Below, piece after piece: positions 1-12,990 of a DNA stretch of 64,000 nt. The notes under the pieces are model-generated. The model ran no database searches. It had not been told where the DNA came from and was given only the letters and a program-made list of their open reading frames with translations. Within the stretch, counting starts at the first letter, position 1. Every line of letters begins with the position of its first letter. Source of the stretch: Tubiluchus corallicola (lineage: Eukaryota > Animalia > Priapulida); the NCBI GenBank assembly GCA_030141605.1, contig JAQGDQ010000292.1, positions 1 to 64,000 on the forward strand, read 5' to 3'. The position numbers and the translations under genes are program-made.

Positions 1-613
1 GGCCGGTGCTTTTATGTTGATTGATCTGCCGGATCGAGGCGTTCTAGTATTCCAAGTTTTTGTATTGTACTTAGAAGAATGTAACTGGTGAACCCAGACA
101 GTAGACATTTTACATATTTCACAGTTTATTTCTATCAAGGGGAGGGTGCTTTTCTTCGTTCACCCTACATTCACGAAGAGCCTGGTCGTAGATTGTATAC
201 GGCGCGCATTCAGAATTTAGAGCACGGAGAATTAGTAAAGTATCATTCAGAATTTTAGAGCACGGAAAGAATTTTGGAATATGATACGTTTTGATAATTT
301 TCTGTGCTCTAAAATTCTGAATGCACGCATAGAACGAAACTGCTAGGTAGTTTCGGCATGTATATCCCAGTTTAATCAAGAAGTACAAGGAAGGGTTTCC
401 TGTGAAGATGACTAGTTGATTGGGTGAAGTAATTTTATTTCCTTCTCAAGATTATCCCAGATTTGACAAGCCTGCTTTAACTGCCATTGATTATACTCAC
501 GCTAGACGAAAAAATCTATTTTCGTCTAAAAAGACGATTGAAAGTGTCCTAGATTTGAAAGCGTGGGTGGCTCCCAGTGATGTAGTGTGTAGGCGCAAAA
601 TTTGGAGCTATAA

Positions 614-816
614 GTGGCGTTTACCTGGAATCCCGAATGCGTATGAGTTATGTTGATTCAGAACAAATAAAATCCGTTTATATTGTTTTAAATGCACCCG
701 TTTGTGAGACCTACGTTATGTGTTTTTCGTGCAATGTGTTTTCTATTGATTTTTATATGCAGCTATTCCGCAGGTGGATAACGCATAACGCATTCCGGGT
801 GCTAGGTAAACGCCAC
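614..816. mobile_element. Tourist/PIF-Harbinger-like MITE, copy 1
   Basis: Imperfect TIRs GTGGCGTTTACCT..GAATGCGT / ACGCATTCCGG..AGGTAAACGCCAC, flanked by TAA on both sides (611-613, 817-819). No ORF. Confidence 0.7.
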
Positions 817-820
817 TAAA

Positions 821-1034
821 GTGACGTTTATTTAGTACCCGGAATGCGTATGCGTTATGAGGTCCTGATTCCGCGGAATAGATAAAGTGTGTTTATATTG
901 TTTTCAATGCACTCGTTTATCTGACCTGCGTTATGCGTTGTTCTTTTTCTGCAGTTATTTCTAACGATTTTTTATTCCACAACTATACGGCAGGCGGATA
1001 ACGCATATCGCATTCCGGATGCTACATAAAGTAC
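821..1034. mobile_element. Same MITE family, copy 2, in tandem with copy 1
   Basis: Shares CCGGAATGCGTATGCGTTAT, TTTATATTGTTTT..AATGCAC and ATAACGCAT..GCATTCCGG blocks with 614-816. Confidence 0.65.
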
Positions 1035-2827
1035 AGAATGAGCGAATTCTTGTCACGTGACGTCACCTATCTTTTTCATGAAAAACTTTTCGTTTGCTAG
1101 TTTTTATTAAAAACTCATTCTCCTTTGTCAGTTAATGTAACTAATAAAACTGGTTAATAGTTCGTCACTCTTTGTTAAAGAGTTAAGAACGAGTCCGCGA
1201 GAGCACCATGCAGAGGGTGGCACATGAGGGGTGACGAATTTATATCATTTTTTTCTAACATGAAGGGCGACCCCCCAAAACCATGTAACCAAGATATCAA
1301 ATCGATCGAGCTACTATTAGCAGAGAAATGACCACATCAAGAAATTGACCTCAAAAGAGGCAAAAAATCGCTATTTTGGGGGGTTATTTTAACTTTTTCT
1401 CCTGTATAAACTATTATAGATGGGTCGATGTAAGTTGGCTGGTACATAGACCCAGACATTGTCTTCTGATATCCTAACTTTTTCTGACATACTGTTAATA
1501 GTATCAGAGAACGGGATTTTTCAAATTCGGCTCTTTGTTAAGAGTCCAGGGAGAGGTTAAGTTGTAAGGCTCATAACTCGCCCACTGCGGGGCTACAGAA
1601 CTTCTGGTTTTCATGTATGTGTTAACCATCATCCTCACTAATAATATAAAAAAGAAAATTCGCTGGAGCCTGTTTCAGTATTTAGTACTGGCACTTTAAA
1701 ATTTCACAAAAATCAGCAAAATTCGCCTTTTTTGTAGTTTTTCAATATTTTTTCTATCTATATGCTGGATTATAAGTGACAAATTTGTATTCTAAATTTC
1801 ATGAAAATGCACGAGCTGAGATAATATCATGAATGACATTATATAAAGGGGGCACTGTTAGAAAAAATTGCCATATCAACACACTTTTTTTGCTTTCCAT
1901 AGTAATTCCGTCCATGTGTAAAAAGTAGACATACTTGGCTCAGGTCGTATATGACAGTAGACATTTAACCTGCATTTTCTGTGACTAGTGCTCTAATTTC
2001 CTAGTAGCAATAGATTTCTTTGCCATGGAAATTGCTAGAAATTTGCGAATTTCATCTTAAATTGGTTTAGTTATGTTGGAATTTTCATATGACTACAAAT
2101 ATAAATAATTGCCTCTGGATTTCAGGACAGGACATCATGCATGCCCCTAGTACCGAGTCCGACCCTGATTCAGGGCATTCTCTACACACTGAATCACTAA
2201 TGGATACCAGGAAAGACTAAACAATAAGCCCTCTAATAGAAAAGAAGTACCGATTGTTAAGATTGAGAGTCATTGCTAGCGAAAGAATCTGACAACAACA
2301 ATTGAAATTATAGCTGAAATTGGTTAATAAAAAAGTAGCTCATTAAACATTAAATATTTAGTACTGTATTATTTTTCAGTACACTGCCATTCCTGTCAGT
2401 AACACAAGGCACACAGAAACTAACAAAAACGAGTATAGAATTGTAAGTCAACTAATAAGGATGAGTAAAAATTGTTTAGGTTTGTATATACGTGAGATGG
2501 GAAATATATGCATTCACACAGATGTTATAGTAAGACAATTTTTTATTTGATAACGGTAATGATTATACTAATCTTATAGACTAACACGCCAAGCAAGGCC
2601 GGCAAAATGGATAACCTACTGTTTGATACAGATTGTTTAAATTGTCATATAATTATCACAAATTATTACTGTTCAAGAAATTTCGAACAGCGGAATAAAA
2701 ATGACGATAATTTGATTTACATTGTTTCAGATACATGTATAATTGTACGTGTTTTGTAAGCATAGCATAAATGTCATTAGAAAGGAGAATGTTGATTCAC
2801 ATCCCGAACTATTATACCTCATGAAAA

Positions 2828-3232
2828 TTATGGTGCACGTTAAAGAATGGCACAGATAAAAATGGCACGGTGAAAACAGCACAGGAAAAAATGGCTCAGG
2901 AAAACTGGACACAAATGGAGAAATAGGGGAAAATAGTACATTTATAAAATATGAGTTTAGGGTTAGGGTTACTGTGGAAGATAATTATCTTTACCTCTGC
3001 CAAGGAAGTTATGCTCCAGTCTTGCTAGTCTGTATAATACTTATAGAGATATATTTGCTTGTTTATCTTTGTTTTATGTTTTTTCTATCAAAATAATCAG
3101 ACGAACATATTTAGGATTTTTCAACCTTGGAGGAGGTCTGCTTACCACTGAGAGCATTCTAGTTTTATTATAGAATTCATTTGCATCAAAAAACGTGTGC
3201 TATGTTTTCTGTGCTATTTTTACCGACATTCG
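2828..3232. repeat. Repeat with subterminal AAAATGGCAC-type units and internal TTAGGG motifs (probable non-autonomous DNA transposon relic)
   Basis: Tandem ~15-nt units at 2845-2940, GTTTAGGGTTAGGGTTA near 2955-2970, inverted GTGCTATTTT units near 3197-3222. Confidence 0.35.
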
Positions 3233-3248
3233 AAAATTATGTATACAT

Positions 3249-4271
3249 GGGCAATTCCACAATTAGAGGGACATGACCCTAACCTTTCAATTTGCTTTTT
3301 ACACGATTCTTGTGTTTGACTTAGTAAAAGACACGTTGAAGTTTCAGGGAAAAGTATTTGTCAGGATATATGGTTTGTTTTAGATAGTGAATTCGCCACT
3401 TTTGAATGAGCGTACTTTCATGCTATATCTCATTGGCAAAATCTGTATAATGGTAAAGAACCTATCTAATCAAAATAAATAATAATCCAATCAGATGTAC
3501 ACAAATTTGTATAGGCAGTGTAGCGCCTTCATGGATTTATACCAGTAAAATTATTAACCAAAAAGTGAATTCACCTCCCGGAGAATACAAAATGTCCATG
3601 AAACACATTATTTCAAATTTTCCTACGGTGTGCAATTACTAGTTTCACTAGTAGTTTTACTAGTATCACTAATCATGATAGAAGTTAAAAATATTAGCAG
3701 TTAAAATGTGTAACATTACTAACCAAGATATAACAATACTAACCATGATATGAGTGAATAAGATGCCTATGGACAGGTCCTGATCAAAGAAATAAGTAAA
3801 AGACACTAGAGGGCAGCATAAAACAACAGGTGACTAATTTATGCAAACTTGCGACTGATGTATGTGACATGCTTATATGTAGTGAGCAGTGTGCAGTACT
3901 CTTCAGTACACGTGTAACCCCTTAAGTACACATGTGACGTTTACAATGCTACTGTGCTTGCATCTAGTCAATACAGAATTCTCACATGATTAACTGTGAT
4001 TGCCATCATTATGGAACTGTGGTTAAGACTCGACCCAATCATTTAAAGTGATACTTTTTATAGTTTTGTTAATTAATAATACTAAACAAGCTTTTCCCCT
4101 TTTTTAAATATAACTGAAAGAGTTCATTGATTGAAATGAGAGTTTTATGACTTTTCTAATAGTTCTTCTTATTTACATTGTCTCTTGACAAAACTTGTAA
4201 CGATTTACCACAATTTTGTAAGTCACTGTTATCACTGGACAACTGCAGCATTACTAACCATGGAATTACCC
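3249..4271. mobile_element. Non-autonomous TIR element (possibly Sola-like)
   Basis: Ends GGGCAATTCCA / TGGAATTACCC are inverted repeats. Flanks ACAT / ATAT could be a 4-bp TSD with one mismatch. Confidence 0.4.
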
Positions 4272-7116
4272 ATATACAAAAATATCCAAATGCAATAAAA
4301 CAATAAAAATGATTGATTAAGTAAACATCAGAAAGGATTTATGTAGTCAGAAGCTACTTGTACGGTTTCACCTTGTTATAAAGCTCACATTGTGGTACGA
4401 ATCCACAGCTTTTCTCTTGGTGACAAAATTAAGGACAGCAATGCTTTTAAATTTACGAAGTTATTTTATGCACAAACTTGCACATCATCTCACCAGCTAA
4501 TGAATAAAAAGTTAGCAGTTTTCGTGAACATAGAAGTAGTGAGGCGCAATGGAAAAATAACAACGTGAGTGGAATATATAGATAATGCGACAGACAATTT
4601 AACAAACATGAGAAAGCACAAGTGTCAGTCTAAACGCCTTATCTTTTCTTATAGCTCATTGATAAGGGGAAAGTACTCTATCATATCATCTGAGGTAAGT
4701 ATTACCTGCTTCTCTATTAGGTATTAGTTTTAACAAACATCAGTTCAGACTCACTAGTAATAGTGCTGGGCATGTTTGGCGACTTTATTTATAAACGCCT
4801 GTAAGCTTGAAAATTACACCCTAACACTAACTTTTTACTGACTCGTGTTTACTGCTAAATAATAATAATAATAATAGCGCAATAAGCTTAGATTTAGTAC
4901 GGTCTTCTATTACTTAATGCTTACAAACTGATAAACTAGCAAACGCATTCCAAATAACCAAATGCTACTGTACAATGTTACAGCATAGCACTATCAGGTA
5001 TAATTAGCTGATTGACATGATGGCACATATAACAACATTATGAAACGACAAAAATCATTGCATCAGCCAGCATTCACGCCCACTTTTGTGTAGGTTAACC
5101 CTGAGTAAGCTCACGCAAATTTGCAAGCTGAAATTGATTTGGGCGGGATTTACATTATTTGCTCAATGAACGATGGAACTAAAGTGGGTGCAGTGTAAAT
5201 AATAAATTGTTTGGTGTACAGGCAATTGAGCAGCTTCCGTAAAAATGTGTCACATAAATGCAAATATATACAGTACAATAATACGTGCATCCTGTTCAGA
5301 GATTTTATTTTTTCAACATTTATGGTTACCCACATATTATAGGCACACATAGGCCTCCCTAAGCAATATTAATAGAAAATTAGGTTTCTTAACTAAATAA
5401 TTTTTGTCCATTTCAATTAATTTGAAACAATCTTATTCAAAGTTAGAGACCAAGAATTGTCTTTTCCCAGGAGTTACAAAAAACACGTGTTGCCGGAAGC
5501 CTGCTTTAGGGCACGACCGAAGAATTTTTGGCAAGTTGCCAAAACCAATATTCGAGCATAGACAGAGCTATCGCACTAGTCGACAACCCCGAAAATAAAT
5601 TGCAACCTAATACATACATAGTAATTTCAGGACACTCAAGGCGCATACAGGCTTCATGCGTGCGTGCATAGTAATATATGTACTGTACAATTTTAGCTAA
5701 AAATGATATAAAATTTGTTGCAATTCAGATAACACGTGCTACATTTTTTACAACGTAGCAAGGGCTAGTACAAATTTTTTCTCAGCCCTAGTGTACATGA
5801 ACTGTATCATGCAATACTATTCAAAGCTGAAAAATGTACTAATTACCAAACTCGTTTATTAAGAGGGTTTTATAACAGCATTCATTAAGAGTCACAGAAT
5901 ACTAAATATCAATAAATCATCTGTACTCTTAGAGCTAGGGACCAATTGCCCGGAGCCAAAAACACATACAGGGGTTAGGCTTGTAATACGACAATCAATC
6001 TAGCATTTGGTAGGCAGGGCAGACAGTCTAGTTCACCCTTTCTGTATCTTTTATAAATCATAGCACTTTTTAAATTACTTTTTAAAAAAGACTTGCTTAC
6101 AAAAGGATTTAAGTCAAGAAGCAAGCCACTGAAGGAAAACCACTTTACAATTTTAGCATCCCCAATACTTAGAAATTTGTAGAATACTGGTTTAGTTGTG
6201 TTTTCTGCACATGGCATTACAAGTGAAATAAACACATTATTTAATAAATTAAATAGTCAATTAATTAATATATTAATGAACATTTAATTTAATTAATGAG
6301 TTATCGACAAAAAAAGTACTGTTATAAGTAAGTCTGCTGTTAAAACTAAATTACTCAAAAAAATGGCAAAAGATCTAAGCATAGGCAAGTATTTGAGCAT
6401 ATTTCTCAATTCTGCTAAGTTTAGCAACAGTTTAGTACTTAGCATTACGAGCACATCTGGCAGTCAAAAACTTACGAATACAAGTTGGAGTGCAATGCAA
6501 CACTGCAATGAATAATTGTATGCATACAATTTATGCAGTATATATATATAGATTATGTCAATAAATTCTAACAAGTTGTTGTTTATTTGGACCTGTAAAC
6601 AAGAAGAGTATATTTATAAGCATCTATAAATAGCTAGGTAGTGTTAATGAACTGTAATCAGCAACAAGTGATTAGCTCGTTGCTTGAACTTAGTTATCGT
6701 ACTGACCACTATACCCATCTTACCCATCAATGGCCAGTTGCTTTGCTCATGATAGTAGTTCACAAGAAATTGATGAAGCTTTTCATTTTACATCTCATAG
6801 TAAATTAGGATCAACAGCTAATTTAACTTAGTAGTTTACAAACCTAACTAAGTAGAACAAAGCAAACTTGTAGTATTGTTTTAATACTACAGAGCAAGTT
6901 GAAATTTGGAAGAAAACTTTATTATGAAAACCTCAATTTGAAGTGATCTAAAAATGTTCAACTTTGCTAAGTGCTACTTTGAGTTCAGTTCGTACTTTAC
7001 TAAGCTTGTACTAATCATCAAATGCTTACTGTTAGTTGTTTAAAAGTTACTATCAGGCAATTTGGCTTTTCCAAACAAGGTGAGACAGTGCAGGCCTTAA
7101 AACATGCAATACTTAC

Positions 7117-7588
7117 TTATACAGACACCAGCCAAAAGCCGTACAGAGGAATCAGGAGGCTCACAATCTGGATATAACGGTTTCAGTATGTAGATTCCAA
7201 AAGTCATAGCGACAATTGCTTGCGAACAAGGTCGAACAATAACACATTCCACCCATAATCTGATAAAAGCAAGTAGTGGTCCAAATCCTTCATAGATGTA
7301 CGCATAATCAGCTCCCGATCGCTGAATCATCGTACCAAGTTCACAGTAACAGTATGCTCCAATCATAGAAAATATACCACACAGTAGCCATACTAGTAGA
7401 AACAGTCCTACACTACCGGTGTCAGTCAACACACCTTTTGGTGAGACAAAAATCCCGGACCCTATTATGGATCCGACGATGACAGTTATCCCATTGAGAA
7501 GTGTAATTTTTGGCTTTAGTTTAACAACATCATCTGCGCCAGAGCCAGTAGCAGCAGCTGTGACGGGACTGTAGTTTTCAGATGGCAT
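7117..7588 (-). CDS. SLC7A (LAT1/LAT2/y+LAT-type) amino-acid transporter light chain, first coding exon
   Basis: TM1 motif ITLLNGITVIVGSIIGSGIFVSPKGVL, then YCELGTMI..SGADYAY and RPCSQAIVA. GTAAGT donor at 7116-7111 (phase 1); TTTTAGCAG acceptor ~15 nt upstream of the ATG. No further exon recognised in 1-7116, so the gene probably continues left of the window. Confidence 0.93.
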
Positions 7589-10500
7589 CGTTGATACTTA
7601 ACTGCTAAAAAATTGTTAAAAAAATAAAAATTAATATAGTTGTAACAATGTCGTGACAAGAAATACATAACTAAAATGAAAAAGCAAAATTTGAAAAATA
7701 AGGAAGATAAAACACAATCAGCCAATAAAATCCCAACAAATTTCAGAGAGCCAATTTAATAGCTAAATAATTATAATTATACTACAAAAACTTCAGCAGG
7801 TTAGAGACAAACAATATATGCTAGACAATTTAACGATTTTTTGCATAAATCAATGCTATTTGCTAAATCAACGACTCTTAAACAGGACGATTCGAAATTG
7901 TCAATGATGAAATGTATGTACAATTTAGGCCGGCCACAAGAAAAATTTGTTTCTGTCCTACCTCATGAGCTCAAAATGTCAGTATGGAGGGAGGAAATTT
8001 TTTTAAAGCTTTGTGAATGTTTAAGGCTGTATCATGGAATATTTAAAATCAGTTGAAATCAAAGTCTGTTTAATGCCCACTAGTCAGCAATAATGTTTTA
8101 AATTTTTCCAATGCAAATTTTTTCGTGCGTTGTTTTTTAGTTTTGCATTACTAAACTATCATATAATTATTGATTATTTCACTGTCTCTTTTTTGTATCA
8201 TGAATGTTATGTTCTAATAATTATGATATAAGCGGCAATATTAGTCAACCGTTAATGCACCAATTTGGCGGAAAATTCGATACTTTTTAGCCTCTAATAT
8301 AATGAGCATCATACAAAACGGCAACCCTGGCCGAGAGTTAGCTGTGGAAAAACATTATAATTTCTCTGAAAGAACGAGGTTATAATAATTATTGTGTTTC
8401 ACGGTTTAAATAAAAAAATACTCTTTTATATGACTACGTCAAGTAAGTATGAATAACGTACAAAAATTTTTATAAAATTCCAGACCAGGTGCGCGATGAA
8501 AAAATATTACCCGTGCGATTAGACGGAAACAGAAGTATTTTTATTGTCGGCCCTCACAGCCAGGGTTTGAAACAGTGGTATACGTGTACCATTTTTAAAT
8601 TTTTGCTAATGTCAACAAGAGCATTGGCACCGTGGCTATAGTCTATTTACAAGTTATGGATGTGTAAAGTGCAGCAATCTTTCAAAAAGTTTATGTTTTA
8701 ATGTGCAAATCACATAGATAAGTACTTTTGTGAGTTACGTGTGCCCAAGAAGTTACCACTTCTTTGCATATGGACCTAAGTTACATATTCACATCATGGC
8801 AACATTTGGCAATTTTACCTTTTGTTTAATATAAAATTAGTGGAAGTAGTAGGCCCGATACTTCTTCAGCCAAGAATAAAATATTTCTTCAACCAAGAAG
8901 TACCAGCCAGCAACTAGTTTTAAGAAGGAAATTTATAATTTTTAATTTTATAAATGATGTCTCCAGACAGTGGCATAACTTATAATTTTTAATTTTATAA
9001 TTGATGTCTCCAGACAGTGGCATAACACACTTGGACAGTACTTTTGACATACTCCAACCACAAATATTCATAGAACAAAATAAACCATATTATGGTACTT
9101 ACATGTCTCTTTGTATGTGACGGTATGATTGTACTAATGTTCCTCAGTAACTTCTTTAAACCACTTAAATAACAGTTCTCCCTTAAAAAATAAAACATGG
9201 CAACAACAATCCTCAACTTGCATTTTTATTAGACAAATCTGTTATTTTGGCACACATAAATACAAAGCTAAATATGAGCCTTTCATGTTTTTTATTAACA
9301 ATGTTCAAGCGCTACCGTCATTGCGCAAACTAGATACTACTCATGCATGCTTCATCGTATTTGCTAGCTTTACCATAATGGCATCGCATGCCTACTCCAT
9401 AATCCAGAGAAGGGGGTATCAGCATAAATGCTATTTGCCCCTCCACTATACTGAATTAGCTAAAACTGAAATTTTAAATATAGCGGCACCACCGCAGATA
9501 GAGAAAGGCCAAGCTGTCAGAACATTTTGTTCCCATTTCGTAGTAAATCATTCTCAAAAGAACAATATTTTCCCTTTTAAAATCGTAAACCATTTTGAGC
9601 TAGTCTGAAAATTAGATACTCTTTTATCTAAAATAAGTTCGATAATACTCACAGTTAATTAAATCTGAATGTCATTGAATTTCCATTCTTTCCATCTAAA
9701 TGACTGTAACAAACAAAACCTATACTACGCATAAACACCCCAACACGAACTTATAATATGATTAATAATATAAATATTTGTTACACAACGCTGCTAACTT
9801 CCTTACTACCGGAACTTTTTATTCCCGCTGTTTAAGCCACATAGATTTCGCTGCCTCACAACGTGGTCAATACGTCAAAGCTTTCAGACGCAGGCGCAGA
9901 TTCGGACAAAGAAATAGAAGTTTATTGCCAGCGTAGGAAGGTCATAGTAGTAGTTGATTGAAACACTACAAAAATTAATTTTTAGAAAATAGCTATAAAA
10001 ATTAAGAATTTTCATTTTTGCATAGTGCAAGAAAATCTTTTTTATAGAGGAATCTTGAGATTACTGAATTTCGGTCTATCACGTGTCATGCAGAGATATG
10101 CTCAGCGACAAAATTTGAAACACTGTATGCATAAGAAAATGCATAATCTTAGTTATCATCGCACTTTCAAGCTTTTTTCCTGTGCCATTTTTATCGCGCA
10201 TTGGGCAATGAGCATGCTTTATCAAAAATGAATTCGAATCAAACCGAATTTCAAGATTTCGGATCCCAATTAAACTCGGGTTCAGTTTTGAAGATTTTCG
10301 ACGAAATTTTCCAATCATATAAAATTGTAAAAAGCAGTCTAGCAAAGATCTGCAAGATCAAAGTCTTAGTCTAGCAGAACCTCATTTTGTTCTGCAGTAA
10401 AACATTAATAATTTATTCAAAAAATTGTGCACAGAAATTGTGCTAAACTGTGCTAATTACATTCTGTTTTAAATGTTTTAATGATAAAGAATGTATATAA

Positions 10501-11590
10501 AGTTGAAATTATTCGAATCGATAATTTTATAATCGAATTAAAAAATTCGTTCGAATTGAATTCGAACGCACGATGCTCATTTCTACTTTCAAGGCTGCGT
10601 GTGCAGAGCTGTAGATTATTCAAAATTAAAGTGAACTTAAGCAAAATTCCAGAGTTTTGCAACAAGATCTATCGTGTGACTTTTAAAGAAAATGGTTAAG
10701 AATGCAAAAAAACAAGCTAACTCAGTTAAGAGGTCTTATTATTTTTACCAATTACTTCTATATTGAGTTTGAGAAAATGTTATTTACATATGTGCACTGC
10801 CAATTTTGGACAAATTTTGGTTCTTGTGTAGGTCAGTTAGACTGAATTAATAATTATTAGTGGACAAAGCCATAATTATATCTATTCGAGTGTATGTTGA
10901 AGACTTCTACAAACAAGAAAGTCGTGAGAGAAAAAAGACAGAAGCAGGAGAATAGGGGTGCCCAAGGTTCGGCAAGTGATCGCGTGTTTGGTGGCTCAGG
11001 ATCGGAGTTTGGGACACTAGTTGATTTCATCATCGGGATTTTTCAGGGCTCAGGATCAAGCAGTCGGGATCGGGTTTTAGGTTTGAACGAAATGTTTGGG
11101 ATCAGGGTTCACTACCCCGAACCATAAATATACTTATCAGCAAATGGAGATTGGAAAATTATACAGTGAAATTCCACAATATTAGCTCCACCTGTTAATA
11201 TTTTGATAACTGCGACTTGATGCATGCGTTCAAATGGTTTCGTCTACAGTTGTTGATAACATGAAGAGTACTCTGAACTGCTTTCAATATTGCTGGCGTT
11301 TACATTCGCAAAGGAGAGCCTCACTGAGTAGTGTACATAAAATTTTGAGAAAGTCTCTCTTCCTCAAGACATGAGTATTATGTGAAACTGTGAACAAAGG
11401 TTTTACTTTCTGTATAAAATATATAAATAGAAAATTTGAAAAGGTTTTGTTCAAGCCCATTATTTTTAATTATATACTTTAATAGCAACTGCTCTATAAA
11501 CTGTAATACATTAACATTGTGATTGTAAACATTAAGACTCAAGCTAAAGTAACTATGCAATCTTAGTTACATTGTACTCTCAATATTGCA

Positions 11591-11663
11591 GGGCCAGGGT
11601 AGTCTAGTGGTCATGGTGTTTGGCTTCTAACCTAAAGAGCTCAAATTCATGCTCAGTTCTGAC
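11591..11663 (+). pseudogene. Degenerate tRNA-like sequence or tRNA-derived SINE head
   Basis: A-box-like TAGTCTAGTGG and anticodon-loop-like CTTCTAA; B-box and acceptor stem are degenerate. Confidence 0.3.
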
Positions 11664-11929
11664 TTTTTTCATATTTCCTTTCAGACAGTGTAGCTTCAAA
11701 AATCAATTTTTTACTGTAGGTTCATTCCATTAATTAGTAGCTTCAATAAGTAATCTTGAATTTAAATTATAATTTATACACATGTTTGTTTAATTACCTT
11801 GTGATTCTGTTAAAAGGATAAAACATTAAAATTTTTATGTTTGCTGTTGGTCAAGTATTCCTTATTTCCTATTGTGTCTACCTAGTCAAATCTGGCGCTG
11901 AGCCTGCACACTTCGCTATCATAAGTAAA

Positions 11930-12124
11930 GCGGCATTTACCAGACATCCAGAATGCATTATGCGTTATTGTGTAACATTCACTTTATATTGTTTTTAATG
12001 CATCCGATTATCAGACTTGTGTCATTGCGTTATTTATTCTGCAGCTATATGACTGTTGGGTTGTTTATATGCAATTGGATGTGCAATAACGCGTAACGCA
12101 TTCCCGATATCTGGTAAAAGGCAT
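11930..12124. mobile_element. Third, more diverged copy of the 614-816 MITE family
   Basis: GGCATTTACCAGACATCCAGAATGCATTATGCGTTAT ... ATAACGCGTAACGCATTCCCGATATCTGGTAAA, with the same internal blocks. Confidence 0.6.
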
Positions 12125-12885
12125 TTAACAGTAATTTTTTTGCTATGAAATTAAAATAATTGTTAGAAACAATAATTATGCATAAGGGTCTAAGAAGCAT
12201 TATCTGCTTGGCCGATATTAAACTAGAAAAGATACTAGTAGCAGTACCGTGAGACAAGAATGACCAAATATTTTTCCTACATTGTTTAACATTATTGGCA
12301 CTCTTTTTGTATGTGCCCCGAAATAGCTACTCTCCAATACTCTTCAATACCTCAATAAAACCTCAATAAAAACATGTTATCACAAAATTTAAGCGATGAA
12401 TAACTTTATAAATGGCTCGTTCTGCTTCTTATGTCTAAAAGGCAAAGTAGACGTTGTTTTTCAAATATAAACTTTTAATGATCGGGGCCGTTGTAGGGAT
12501 GACGAATGAAAAATTCGGGAATGGGATTCCGAACGACACTGATTGCTCGGGATTGAGGTTTGGGGGTCGGGATCATAATAATTAAGTATTCACTAGTTCA
12601 GCTGGATGTGCAGTTTCTAATTCTAGTGGAGTTTTATAATACGTCATATAATTAATCACTCACCCAATGTTCATTATTCACGGAACTGTCCAAACAGAAA
12701 TGACTATTTAATTATGGTGCGCGTACGCATCTGCCAGCAGTCACACTCAATCAATAAGTGAACTGTTAGTGAACCATGACTACCATGGAAATTTATCACT
12801 GCTCCACTTGTTGTTGTCACAGTCTTGTATAAGTTTCGCAAAAAAACGGGTTATATTAATGCGTGCATATTCTACATACTCTTTT

Positions 12886-12924
<39 letters not shown>
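12886..12924. repeat. (GT)n microsatellite
   Basis: Seen directly. Confidence 0.95.
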
Positions 12925-12928
<4 letters not shown>

Positions 12929-12972
12929 GCGAGCGCGTGTGTTGAAATTACTAGTTTCTAATGTAGTGTAGT

Positions 12973-12990
12973 GTGGCGCCATCTGGTGAT
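12973..12990 (-). promoter_or_regulatory. CTCF-like motif
   Basis: Reverse complement CACCAGATGGCGCCAC matches the CTCF core consensus CCASYAGRKGGCRS closely; lies in a CpG-richer segment. Confidence 0.45.

Noticed and set aside
10210-11125. TTCGAA- and TCGGGAT-rich patches (also ~12480-12575) as regulatory arrays
   Set aside because: They look like subterminal repeats of decayed hAT-type MITEs, and their boundaries could not be defined well enough to annotate.
11591-11663. Functional tRNA-Arg(TCT) gene
   Set aside because: The T-loop/B-box and acceptor stem are broken; kept only as a low-confidence relic.
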